Source: Bilabrum cf. latius
Lineage: Eukaryota
Direction: 5' to 3'
DNA length: 64,000 bases
Assembly: GCA_965178125.1 (NCBI GenBank)
Contig: OZ237750.1
Coordinates: 806,001 to 870,000 of the forward strand
A program made the translations under genes and the position numbers. Shown here in pieces: positions 46,500-58,844 of the stretch. Below the pieces are notes generated by a model. It saw only the letters and a list, made by a program, of their open reading frames with translations. It had not been told where the DNA came from and searched no databases. The first letter of the stretch is position 1. Every line of letters begins with the position of its first letter.

Positions 46500-49400
46500 T
46501 CATTCAGGATGGCTCTGACCGTGATTCTGTGTAGCCATGGCCATCCCAAGCAATGCCTCGTCTTCTTGCGGGTCGTCTCGATGCAGCACAGATGCATGCC
46601 CTACAGAGCGGCCGCGCCCTTCCCGGGCTGCACCTGCAGGGTCAGCAGACGGACGTATCTCCGATTGAGGTGACGCATGCGAGGCGTGCTGCATCGGCAT
46701 GGCACCAAGACTCCCAGCTGCAGAATGTGCAGGTGCATCCACCTGCTAGACGCGCATGGAGCTCAACGGATACCCCGACCCCAGGGCTGCCGCCTCCGCC
46801 AGGTGCACTGCGTGCATGGCTTCGTCCCTTCCGGGCGCGCCCTCTGCATAGTGCCTCTATTCGCCGCTGGCTCTCTCGCCGCCGATGTTATGTGCTTTGC
46901 TGCTGCTTTGTTCTCTAGACCGCGCGTGCTCCCGTTCCTAGCCGCCCTCCGAAGGCTGAGGAGCAGTGCCAATGGGCACAGGCAGCCCGTCATGTCCACG
47001 TCCATCCCCTGACCGTGACCGTGCTGGCGAGCTCGCACCAAGATGGGCCGTGGGATTCGACGCATTCATCCGTGCCTGCGCCTGAGCCTGGGCCTGTGCC
47101 CTCCTCCGTCTAGCCCTTTTCAGTCTCGCGTTGGCCGCCCCCTCCTGCATGCTGCGGATCATGCTGGCCTGCGCGCGGATGAGGCCTTCGCGGTGGTGCA
47201 GGCGGGTCTCCAACTCTCCGGCGCGGTCCATCTCCTTTCTAAGACGCACGATGAGCTGGGAGCACACCTGGCGCATAGCCCCCATGGAAGCAGTCTCCAG
47301 GACTGGCCACGCCGCGGCTGGCTGGCTACGTCGAGCGGGACGACCAGGACGGTAGGGCTGCCACCCACCAGTTGGACCTGGCGTGCCCCCTGGTGTCTCT
47401 TTCGCGCGCGATGATCCTTTTTTATTTGAGCTTCTAGGGCCGTCTGGTGTTCCGCCAACTGCAGTCTCGTCTTTCCTACTCTGCTGGAACCGGGGGGCAT
47501 GCACAGGTGATGCGGAGCCCGCCAACTGCGGGGAGCCGGGCTCCCGAGCCGCCGACTGGCGTGCATCCTGGTCCTACCTTGGCGAAGCAGTGGCACCACG
47601 ACTGCTTGCAATGACAGCTGGCGGACGTTCCAGGCTCTCATCAGACTCTGAGTCCACTTCATGCGCGGCACCGCGGCGTGGTGCTTCTCTTGCAGGGCTC
47701 CACGTCGATCGCGGGGACGACATCCCGGCACGACTGGCAGCGATCGGCGGCATCGTGCCACCAACGAATGCATGGTGTCCTCGACTGCCATGTGATAGTG
47801 CTGACTGCATCTCTTGTTCGCTCGGCACGTGCGTGTTGTCCGCCATCCACTCGGCAGCCGCGGCTGCGAGCGCGTCCTCCACGCCGCCTGACGTTGCAGT
47901 CCTGCGACGCCACCCTCGACCCAAGGCCTTGGTCTGAGCGACGGGGCCTTCTGCTTCCTACGGGCGGCCGACTTGCTCCTCCACGACCTAGCACAGAGAC
48001 GCCGCTAGCTCCCCCTGCAGCCGCTCCACCAGGGGCGTGTCCACGCCGAGCCGAAGCTGCAGCTGCAGCAGCCTGTCAATCCGATCCGATTCCAGGCTCC
48101 ATGCGCGCAGGACCATGGCAAAGAACTTGTCCACAGGTATGCATGGCTCGGCGTTGAGGCTGTAGGCTGCCTGCAAACGGCGCAGGATCGAGTCCGGCTC
48201 TGTGTCAGGCTGCTGGCCGAACCCGCTGCTCTCCGCCACCAGCTCAAGCACTCCGTCTGCAAGGGAGTCTCGCGTATCCTAACTCCACTGCAGCACGTCA
48301 GAGCTGAGTCCCGCAGCCTCGATGGATGCGGCCTTGTGCAGCAGAGCGGCCACGGGTGACGTCTGCATGCACTGCGTGAGAGCCTGTACGGCGAGTCGGA
48401 CCGGAAGCACACCGGTCTCGTAGTGATTGTCAGAGGCGTGTACAGGGGCAGCAAATAGCAATGTGCTGAGAGCGACGCGAGTGGATGCGGCCTGCGACGC
48501 GATGGACCAGTGGATCGGAAGAAGAAGGCAAGGAGCGGGTGCAGCTGTGGGGGTAGCAAGCCGACAGCCGGTATCGTAGCAATACCCATGGCCTTCCATA
48601 GACCTGAAGGCAAGACTCACGTCGATCTGTTGTGCCTTGTATATGCTAAGCAAAACATCCAGGAACATTTCGCCAAACTTTGGATCGTACGGCGTGTCGT
48701 CCCGAATGCCGAAGCACCTGACGAGAATCCAAGCGAGAGGGAATTGCTGCTCCACTCGCAGCAACGAGCCGCACAGCGCTGACAAGCGATCCCTCCACTG
48801 TGCCCTCGATAGTGCGCGGCTGGTGGCATAGAGCTCGCGCCCTAGGTCCACGGGGGGTGCTGTGGCGAGCACTGCCTCCTATGTGTGGATCCTCTGGGGA
48901 CTGGTTCCCGATGCAGGTGATCTAGCATCGGCGCGGGCTCTGGTGGGTATTGTAATACCACGAGAATCGGGAGTGTGGCGCTAGGTCTCAGTCTGCCGCT
49001 TGCCCTTGCCTGTCCCCGAGAGACCGGCGGCCCGCGTGTTTGCGGCGCGGGCGCGGGACCGGTGGCCCGCAGCTTTCTCACTTGGTGACGAGGACTGCTG
49101 CTGCAGCTGATGGGCAAAACTAGCAGCTTCATCTAAGCCTGGGTGCGTACTGCTGTGCTCCAAGGGCTTAAATGAAGACGCGCCGCTCCCAGCAGAGCTC
49201 GAGTCGACAGACGCAGCAGCTGATGATGCCATCGCCTCCTGTCGGGCACCCGGCGAAGCAGGAAGAAACGAGACCCTACCGTTCTGCTACATTTTTGACC
49301 CAGCGGCAGCGTTTGTGCGATGGATAGCTGACGCGCGTTGCCGGACGGATGCTTGAACCACGGCGACAGCCGAAGATACTGCAAGGCCTGCTGTCGTGAC

Positions 49401-49625
49401 CAGCTGCTTGCCTTTTCGTGCACCGATTACTTTCGAGTGTACCGTGGAGCACGGCGAAAACTTTGCTTCTGGGTGCCTCGAGTCAAACACGAGTGCTGAG
49501 CGCACCACGCTTCGAGGAACCTGCTCGTACTGAAACGCCCATCCGCGTCGCAGAGCGGCCGTTTGTTCTTCCAAATGAATCATCCCATCGCGAGCTCGCG
49601 CCTTCTACGCCGCAGACTTGGGCAT
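46500..49625 (-). CDS. Hypothetical protein with C-terminal coiled coil
   Basis: ORFs 49287-49583, 48981-49232, 48279-48872, 47988-48251, 47574-47924, 46938-47525 and 46500-46742 share a frame and are separated by TAGs; TGA at 46500. 5' end uncertain (in-frame TGA at 49746; an upstream exon is possible). Confidence 0.6.
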
Positions 49626-50338
49626 GCCGCCCGGGTCCTGCTCAGTGCCCGCGCCGGAGGCGAGCTCTTTGCCGGCTCGGTGCGATTCCGGATTAGTAGT
49701 TCTTTGGTTACAACCGCCTTTTTTGCCCGAGCTGCACTTGCTGGCTCACAATAAGAATTCATGGGATTCTTTACATGCAGTAGGGTCACTGAGCTCGTAC
49801 TCATATTTTTTCTAGTCGTACTTGCGGTTGCCTCATCGAATAGTGACGGATGGATTTCCTACGTGAGGCAGTAGCTGCGATTGAACGATTATCAACTTGT
49901 GTGACCATCAGAACTACATCCCTGTTTGATTCCACGCGCCAAATGTGTTTCTGCGATACGTTAGATCGTATCACCGTGCTCTCTAGCTGCAAATTGTACT
50001 CTACAGTGCAAACAGCTCTTCTGATTTCCACTGAAATTGTTGGTATTGCAGGCTTTGGGGGCCGCGTTGGTTGGGATCGTGTTAATCGTAGATGTCATGT
50101 TTGCTGATGCTGACAAGGGTTTCATGTTCGAACCGAGTTGGCGAAGATGGGAACGGTACAACATCGCTGACTGAGGCAGCACGCCAAATGAGGAACCGGA
50201 GAAGGACTATAATGGACTGATTCGCGTGATACCTAAATTATATTCATTTGCCACCAGCTGTGCATTCATGACATGCAAATGGTGCAACCTGGGGCAGGCT
50301 TGACACCATAACCATCTCATTCACATCACGGCCAGCTA

Positions 50339-53300
50339 TCAGTGGAATTCCTTGGGGTCTGTCCAGGCCTCTTCGTCCTTCTCCTGCCCGTAGTAAGTAA
50401 ACAAGCTCTCAGGCTTGAGCCCCACCATGGGCTCCCTAGTATGCTTGTCGATCGCGTCGGCAAACATGCTGAACAGCTTCACATTGGTCAGCAGCGGGAC
50501 GTTGAAATCCACCGCCGTCCGCCGGATGTGGTAGTTGTGCAGCGGCTGCTCGCTGTAGGGGTTAGGCAGGTTGACCACCAGGTCCACATCCGCGTCCTTG
50601 ATCATGCGCACCATCTCGCTCTCTTGCACCACCGCTCCCTCAGTGCTGTCAGGGTAGGGGACCTCCTGCGGGAGCAAACATGGACAGAAGGAAACATTAA
50701 ACTAGTAAAGGGAGGGACCAGCAAAGACGCGGCACTGCAAACGACAACCAACAAGTTCCACCAACCGAGCTGCGTGGCCTCAGTAAAAAATTAGAGTGTT
50801 TTGCTAGCGCTCAGCCAGCTACCCACCCATGAAGGGCGGGCGGGCGGTCGCGGCAAGGGGGTTGGATCATCCTCGGCCAACGCAACCCCCGCGAGTGCAA
50901 GCAAAAAGCGAGCAATCAAAAAAGATTGCAAACAGGCAATGCTTTGCTTCTCACCGTGACAGGTACCTCGTGCTGCTTGAGGAAGGCCGCGGTGCCGGGC
51001 GTGGCTCGCAGCTCGTATCCAACGTCGGCCAACTTGTAGGCGCCGTGGATCAGCTCCGGGTGGAACATGGCCTGCGCCGACAAAAAGATGGCCTTCTTGG
51101 GCAGCTTGAAGCCCGCGGCCAGCATGGACTTGAGGAAGGCCTCGTGCCGGTCGGCCCCGAAGCACGCCACCTCTCCAGTCGATGCCATCTCCACGCCCAG
51201 GATGGGGTCCGCTCCCCTCAGCCGAGTGAAGGAAAACATGGGCGCCTTGATGCCCACAAAGCCGCGCGGCCGCTTGGTGCGGTCCGTGATGGCAGGCAGG
51301 TCCATGTCCGCGGTGGACGCGCCCACCATGGCCCTCGTGGCCGCCTCGATAAAGTCGGCGCCCACCGTCTTGCTGACGAAGGGGAAGGACCGCGAGGCAC
51401 GCAGGTTGCACTCGATCACAGACACCTCGGCCCCGTTGGCCAGCAGCTGCATGTTGAAAGGGCCCGTGATCTCGAGCGCCTTGGCCACACGAGAGGCGAT
51501 CTTGCGCACCCTGTCCACGTAGTACCGGCTCAGCGTCTGGGGGGGCAGCACCAGGGTCGCGTCGCCAGAGTGCACGCCCGCGTTCTCGACGTGCTCCGAC
51601 ACCGCGTGCGCGATCACCTCGCCGTCCCTGGCCACGCCGTCAAGCTCGATCTCGAGCGCCCCGTCCATGAACTTGGTGACCACGACCGGGTGCTCGGGGC
51701 TCACAGACACCGCATTGGCCAGGAAGCGGCCCAGCTGGTCCTCGTCGTACGCCACGCTCATGGCAGCTCCCGACAGCACGTACGAGGGCCGCACCAACAC
51801 CGGGTACCCCACCCTGTTGGCAAACTCGAAGGCCTCCGAGGGCGTCGTGAGCTCCTTCCACGCGGGCTGCTCGATGCCGCTCGCGTCCATGAGCTGGCTG
51901 AACTTGAACCTGTCCTCGGCCGAGTCGATCATCAGGGGGCTCGTGCCGAGGATGTTGACGCCCTGCTGGTGCAGCGGCAGCGCAAGGTTGTTGGGGATCT
52001 GCCCGCCCACGCTCACGATCACCCCGTCGGGGGACTCGTGGTCGTAAATGTCCAGCACCCGCTCCTGCGAGAGCTCCTCAAAGTACAGCCGGTCGCTCTC
52101 GTCGTAGTCCGTGCTGACCGTCTCGGGGTTGTAGTTCACCACGATGGTGCGCTTGCCCAGCCGACGGAGCGTCCGGATGGCGCTCACCGAGCACCAGTCG
52201 AACTCTACGCTCGAGCCGATCCTGTACGTGCCGCTGCCCAGCACCACCACGCCTTCGCCGCTGCTCTCCACGTCGTTCTCGTCGCCATGGTACGTGGCAT
52301 ACAGGTAGTTGGTCTGCGCGGGATACTCGGCAGCCAGCGTGTCGATCTGCTTGATGACGGGCACAATGCCCCTCTCCTTGCGGGCCTGCCGCACGGTGAT
52401 CTCGTCCACCTTGCTGCCCTCCCGGCTCACCATGTTGGCGATCTGGGCGTCGCTGTACCCGAGCTGCTTGGCCTTCTCGAGCAGCGACACGGGGAGGCCC
52501 CCTAGGGCGACGATGCCGTCAGAGTCGGTGCCGTCCACGCCCTGCGCCTGGGAATGGTCCTCGCCCTCGATGCGCATCGCCAGCTTGTGCATGCGGTCCA
52601 GGCGGTGCAGGAACCAGGGGTCGATCTTGGTCCTGTCCTGGAGCTCCTCCACCGACATGCCGTTGCGCAGCGACCACGCGATGGCCGCCACCCTCTTGTC
52701 CGTTGGGCTGTGCAGCTCGTCCTCGAGCTTGGCCGGGTCGCTCCAGTCCCCCTGCGGAGCAAACCCGGGGTTGCCGGGGTCCACCATGCGGAGGGCCTTC
52801 TGGAACGATTCCTCGAAGGACCTGCCCACCGCCATGACCTCGCCCACGCTCTTCATCGCGCTCCCGATCTTCTCAGAGACGCCCTCGAACTTGGCCAGGT
52901 CCCACCGCGGCATCTTGGTCACGATGTAGTCCAGACTGGGCTCGAAGCACGCAGAGGTGCGGAGCGTGACGGCGTTGGTGATCTCGGGCAGCGTGATGCC
53001 GAGGGCTAGCTTGGCCGCCACCGCCGCCAGCGGGTACCCCGTGGCCTTGGAGGCCAGCGCAGACGATCGCGAGAGCCTGGGGTTCACCTCGATGATGCAG
53101 TAGTCGAGGCTCTCCGGGTCGAGCGCGTACTGGATGTTGCACTCGCCGACGATGCCCAGGTGCCTGACCACGTTGATGGCCGTGCGCCGCAGCATGTGGT
53201 ACTCCTCGTTGGACAGGGTCTGCGAGGGCGCCACCACGATGCTATCGCCCGTGTGCACGCCCAGAGGGTCGAAGTTCTCCATGTTGCACACCGTGATGCA

Positions 53301-55864
53301 GTTGTCCATCCGGTCGCGCACCACCTCGTACTCCACCTCCTTCCAGCCCAGCAGGCTCTTTTCCACCAGAATCTGAGGAGACACCGAGAACGCCTTGGCT
53401 GCCATGTCGCGCAGGTGCGCCTCGTCCGTGCAGATGCCCGACCCCAGCCCTCCAAGGGCAAAGGCAGACCGAATCATGCACGGATACCCGATCCGCTCGG
53501 CCGCCTCCACGGCGCCCTGCACGGTGGTGGTGGCCTCAGAGGGGGCCAGCTTCTCCCCAATCTCGCGGAGCTTGTCAGAGAAAATGTCTCTGTCCTCGGA
53601 CGCTTCCACGGACTCGATGGAAGTGCCCAGCACCTAGACGCCATACTTTTCCAAGATGCCCTTCTTCTCCAGCTCGATGCCGCAGTTGAGCGCCGTCTGC
53701 CCGCCCATGGAGATGACGATGCCCTCGGGCCTCTCCCGCTTGATCACCAGCTCGATAAAGTCCGTCGTCACCGGCAAAAAGTAGACATTGTCCGCCTGCG
53801 TGCTGATCGCCTGGTCCACGGGGCCGCCCTCCTTGGACTGCACCACGGGCTCCACCCCCTCCTTGGCTCGGCTCGGGTGGTTGGTCTGCACCGACGCGAT
53901 GTTGGGGTTCATGAGCACAACCTCGGCGCCCTCCTCCTTGAGAGCCTTGATGGCCTGCGCTCCGCTGTAGTCGAACTCGCCCGCCTGCCCGATGGACAGC
54001 CCGCCCGAGCCCAGCAGCAGCACCTTCTTGGGCCGGATCCTCTCGGGCCTGGCCTTGGGCGTCGCCGTGGCCGACACGTTCTTTGCCTTGCCCTTGACCA
54101 TGTCCAGGAACATGTCGAACAGGAAATCGGTGTCCTCGGGCCCGCCCTTGGCCTCGGGGTGGAACTGCGCCGTGAAGTACGGCCGCTCCTTGTGCATGAT
54201 GCCCTCGTTGGTCCCGTCGTTGGCGTTCACAAAGAGCTCCTGCCAGTCGTCGGGGAGCAGGCTCGCATCCGTGGCGTACCCGTGGTTCTGCGGGGTGATG
54301 AAGGCCTCTCCCGTGAGCTTGTTGATGACAGGCTGGTTCTGGCCGCGGTTGCCGAAGGGTAGCTTGTTCGTCTTGGCGTTGGCAGCCAGAGACAGCAGCT
54401 GGTTGCCGAGGCAAATGCCAAAGATGGGCTTCACGTGGCCGGAAGACTCTGGCATCGTCACGATTTCCCTCAGCTTGTCCACCAGCGGCTTGAGCTCGGG
54501 GTGCTGCGGGTCACCAGGTCCGTTGGACAGGAAGAGCCCGTCGGCCCAGTGCTTGTAGTCGTCCACCAGGCCCTCGTAGTTCCATGGCACCACGCGCACC
54601 TCGGCGCCTCGCTGCACCAGCATCCGTACCATGTTTTCCTTGAGGCCGCAGTGGACCGCAAGCACCTTGTGCGGGTTGCCCGCCCCGAACGTCTGCACCT
54701 CCTTGCACGACACCTCTGCCACGAGGTTTCGGTCGTTGGGGTCTAGCATGGGGAGGTCTTCGCCGGCCTGGTCGCCCTCCATGACGATCTTGCCGAGCAT
54801 GGCACCCTTGTCTCTGATTTTCTTAGTCAGCAGGCGGGTGTCGATCCCGTGCAGGGCGGGCACGCCCTCGTCCTGCAGCCACTCGCCGAGCGACGACTTG
54901 GCGTTCCAGTGGGAGTACCTGCGCAATAAGGGAGAGTAGAAAGTAATACAATGGCTTCTATTGGATTCCGTTGAAAAAAACTGAGCAAAGCTAACCATTG
55001 CCTCGGCGGCATGCAAGTTTCAAACTGGGGATCGAGCAGAGTGCGTCAGACAGGGATAACAGATCCGTTCATCGGCTAACCCAATTGGCATTAGGGCGCC
55101 TCCTACAAGAGGTGTCAGAATCTTATACGTTAAATCATCACCCGCACGCTGCTCAATCCAAGGAGATCCACACGCAAGATCACAAAGGACTCAAATCGTG
55201 CGGCTGTCAGCGCAGCCGCACAGATTCAGGGCACACAAAAACACGAAAGCCTGGAGCGCCGCTTCAAACGAACAAACTTGCAAGGATCGAATGTATGCAC
55301 GCAATAGACCTGGCTCGAACAGGCTTGTCTCACTTGTGACTGTAGTCTTGCACGATAAGCCCGTCAGCTTGGATTTTGCCGCTCTCCATGTTACGAAGAA
55401 GGCCTAAATCATCCACTTCTGTCCGGCTAGGAACGCCATAGTTGCCTACCAATGGATACGTCAATACTAGGACCTATCCTCGGTAAGAGGGGTCCGTCAG
55501 ACTCTCAGGGTAGCCCACCATGCCGGTTGTGAACACAACCTCGCCCTGAATGGACTTGTCTGCGCCAAAAGACAGGCCTCCCAGGCGCGTACCATCCTCC
55601 AATACCAACACCCCTTTCTTTTCCTGCAGAGCAGGACATGTGGGAGGGATTCAACCAGCCGACATTTGAATTAGAAATCGCTGTTGTGAAGTGAATGGTG
55701 TTCCCTTCGGCAACTCTAGTGATGACGAGTGTACGACCCAAACCAAATCAGAATCGAGAAAAGGTGCATGATCCGCTGTAAGTCGCTGCCTAGAAGAGCC
55801 ATGACAATCAAAAACGCTTAAAAGGTTTAAACCTAGGATCATACTTCCCTGTCGGTGCTACCAT
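50339..55864 (-). CDS. Glutamine-dependent carbamoyl-phosphate synthase (fused GATase + CPSase + MGS domain)
   Basis: [119 protein letters not shown]. Introns 50666-50954 and 54919-55333, plus probable further 5' introns upstream of 55623, so the start is approximate; TGA end. Confidence 0.93.
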
Positions 55865-56340
55865 AGTCAACTACTGGATCAAACATGCAAACAAGACGAA
55901 TAAGATCTGTCGCGGTGTCCTTCACGCGCACAGTTATACGGCTACTTCTCTGCACACCGCCTCTTCAGACATGCACAGGCACTCACATTACCATCAAATG
56001 GCCCTCCTCCAGTCTATATTAACCTAACTTGGGACCTTGACCATTGCAAAGCCCCCTATCTCGGCAACGCCCGATGCATCAGCTGCCGAACGGCGCTGCG
56101 CGTAGCCAAACGCATCATCTTGCAGCACAACCCCAAAGCTCCTCTGAAATTCTAATAATGTACTGCTTAGATAGCAGAGATTGCACGAATAGACTTGGAG
56201 ATTGCTCCTGCTGCTGTTGATTTGCTCCGCAGGTACCTTTGAACTAATTGTTGCGTGTATCTTTAAATTCGCTTCGCGAACGTTCCTCCCAGTCCGCTCC
56301 ATGTTGCACTTCATTCTTTTCGCTGATCTATTGGTTAGTA

Positions 56341-58693
56341 ATGCTGACTGTTGCAGGACTTAGCATGTTTGTGCTTATACAGGTGTCACACTCCCAGCTG
56401 ATCTACGAACAAGATGGAAGTGCGGCGAGCACATCGCTTAATGGAGTGGCTAGCTACGAACGCGATCTTTGGTTTGTCGACCTGGTAAAAATCTCCAGGA
56501 AGTTTGGAAGCCCAGGCAAGTCGTACGATGGTTCAGCTTAGATTGGCCAGGATGGGTGGCCGCTCGAAGATTTTGGGCTGTGGCTGGTCGATGGCCAAGC
56601 ACCGGGATCCTTGGTGGGCAAGTCCTACTTCCAGGCTACTTGCGGTAGCGAGCCATCGATCTCCGTAAGGGGTGCACAGATCTTATCGCATACATGGGAT
56701 CCTTCTACGAAAGCATCCAGTGGGTACCTCAACATCACATCGGCGCACGAGTATGTCTCTATCTCTTTTACGAACACGTCAACCGGATGCCGTGACATAC
56801 ACGTCCTCCAACCGGGCTACAACATGAGCCGAGCCACGGACTTTGCAGACCACGTGTACAAGTGGTTGGGTCAGCTGCAGGGCCACCTCAGGTTCATGGA
56901 CTGGGGTCGCACGAACGACAACCAGGAGGTCCACTGGAGGTGAGCCACTCCTGGCCATTGGTGCCACGCTGATGGAGATGCGAGATGCGAGATGCCCGTG
57001 CATCGCTGGTTTTCACCAACAAGCCTGCTTTCTTCGACCCCTATCCTAGCCTGGCCCCACGCATGCTTCCTTCCCGCCACCCCTCGACTCCGCCTCTGCA
57101 CCTCGCAGCGACCGCACCCCTCCCAGCTGGCCCTCGTACTCGTGGGGGCCCGCCCCCCTGAACAACACCGGGGTCCCGTGGGAGGTCATGATTCAGCTGT
57201 GCAATTCAATGCACCTAGATGCATGGATCAACGTCCCTGCCCGCGCAGACGACGACTACATCCGCAATCTGGCGTCGCTGTGGAAGGACGGCCTTGACCG
57301 GGATCTCAACGTATATTTTGAGTACTCGAACGAGGGTGAGCGCAGCCGCGTATCAGGTGCACATCGTCTTGCATCCGCTCAAAGCAGCGCCAGTCTTCCT
57401 CCCATAGTCTGCCTGCGGCCTGTCTTTTGGATGGCACGCACAAGTGCTGCTTCTACAAGAAGTAGTCTGATCTGACTCGCCTTGTTGACCACGCCCCGAT
57501 GCGCAGTATGGAATTTCATGTTCAGCCAGGCCCACTACAACACAGATGCTGCGAACCAGAGCGTGCGGGCAGGGGATCCCATGCAGCTCAACTGCAGCGC
57601 GTGCACCACGAACGAGTACTACTGGGGCTACGAGCGGACGGCCTACATGATGAAGCACATCGGGGACATATTTGAGGATGCTTTCGGCAAGGGGGAGCGG
57701 CCCAACGGAAGGGTCAGGCCTGTGCTGGCAGGACAGATTGGTGGCCTAACCAACGCAGTCGGGCTCAAGTATCTGGACGCAGTGCACGGACCACCGCGCG
57801 AGTACACGCATGCACTGGCGGTGGCGCCATATTTCGGCTCTGCAGCGGACTAGCAGGACCCGAATGCCACAGTGGATGAGATCATCGCAGGGTTTCAGCA
57901 GGGCGCTGATGTCTACCGGCCCAGCACGAACGTGTCGCGTGGGGCCAACCCGCTGGCGCGGTCTGCCCTGAACGCCGCTCTCTACGGCCTGAGGCTGCGG
58001 GCCTATGAGAGCGGGACGGGGTCCGGCTCGGTCAAGGGCAAGGGCGAGAACTGCGAGAACAACGCAGCGGCGCAGATGGACCCTCGCATGACGGCCATCG
58101 TGGAGCAGTACGAGTCCAACTTGAACGGCAACGGGCTCTACTCTCCCAACTGGTTCGTTTTTATCGCAAGCAACTACGATGACCCGCCGTATTGCTTCGC
58201 GTGGGGCATCTCGAACGACCCAAAGACGTTCACCTCGCCCAAGTTCGAGGGCTTGATGGCGCACCAGGCCAAGCCGCCGCCGCTCATGTCGCTCGGGAAG
58301 AGCGTCCCGACGAAGCTCAATGCATCCGTGGACCAGTTGGGCTCCCGCTGGCCGTATCAGCCCGCATGGCGCTACCTGGACACCAACCAGACCGCCGAGT
58401 TCGTGTTCAGGATGGATCCATCGGACGACGGCGCGTCGCTGCAGGTGCGCGGTGGCACCAAGGTACAGCTCACCCTCGGTTACAAGTCCAGCAAGGACGG
58501 CTCCATCGATGTGTCCGTGGACGGAGCTCATTCTGTGGTCCCGCTCAAGCAGGCCGAGACGGGGGGCACGTCCCCGCCGATCCCTCTGGACCTCGCCCCG
58601 GGCCTGCACGGCATCCAGCTCAGGGTCCTAACGGAGGACATGGAGCCCCACTCGAGGGCGCCCTACTCGATTGAAGCGCTGTCCGTGGAGTGA
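56341..58693 (+). CDS. Secreted bacterial-type glycoside-hydrolase-like protein ('cellulose-binding domain protein' type)
   Basis: Signal peptide; FVDLVK, DGWP, LRFMDW, GVPWEVMIQLCN..DAWINVP..ADDDYIRNLA, VYFEYSNEVWN, AVAPYF, AYESG. Introns 56940-57108 and 57336-57506 restore WSDR and SNEVWN; TAGs at 56539 and 57851; TGA end. Confidence 0.7.
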
Positions 58694-58844
58694 TTGATAG
58701 CTCGGCATTGCCAGCCGCATATGCAATTGCAGTGTCAGATGTTTGGATCCACCAGCCGGTTAGAAGAAAACTACATGCAATTCGCACTGGGTTCATGGTC
58801 AGACAGGCAGTGCACGGCGACCCGGCACCGTGCCCCAATCGATT

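Noticed and set aside
49750-50200. Short ORFs between the hypothetical gene and CPS
   Set aside because: They end in TAA/TGA in different frames and show no motifs. They may be UTR or an unresolved 5' exon of the 46500-49625 gene, but cannot be supported.
50829-54362. Long plus-strand ORFs (50829-52505, 53160-54362) and similar antisense ORFs such as 8996-9988 and 25743-26621
   Set aside because: Antisense shadows of high-GC3 genes (CPS, GRHPR, SSADH), with no recognisable motifs.
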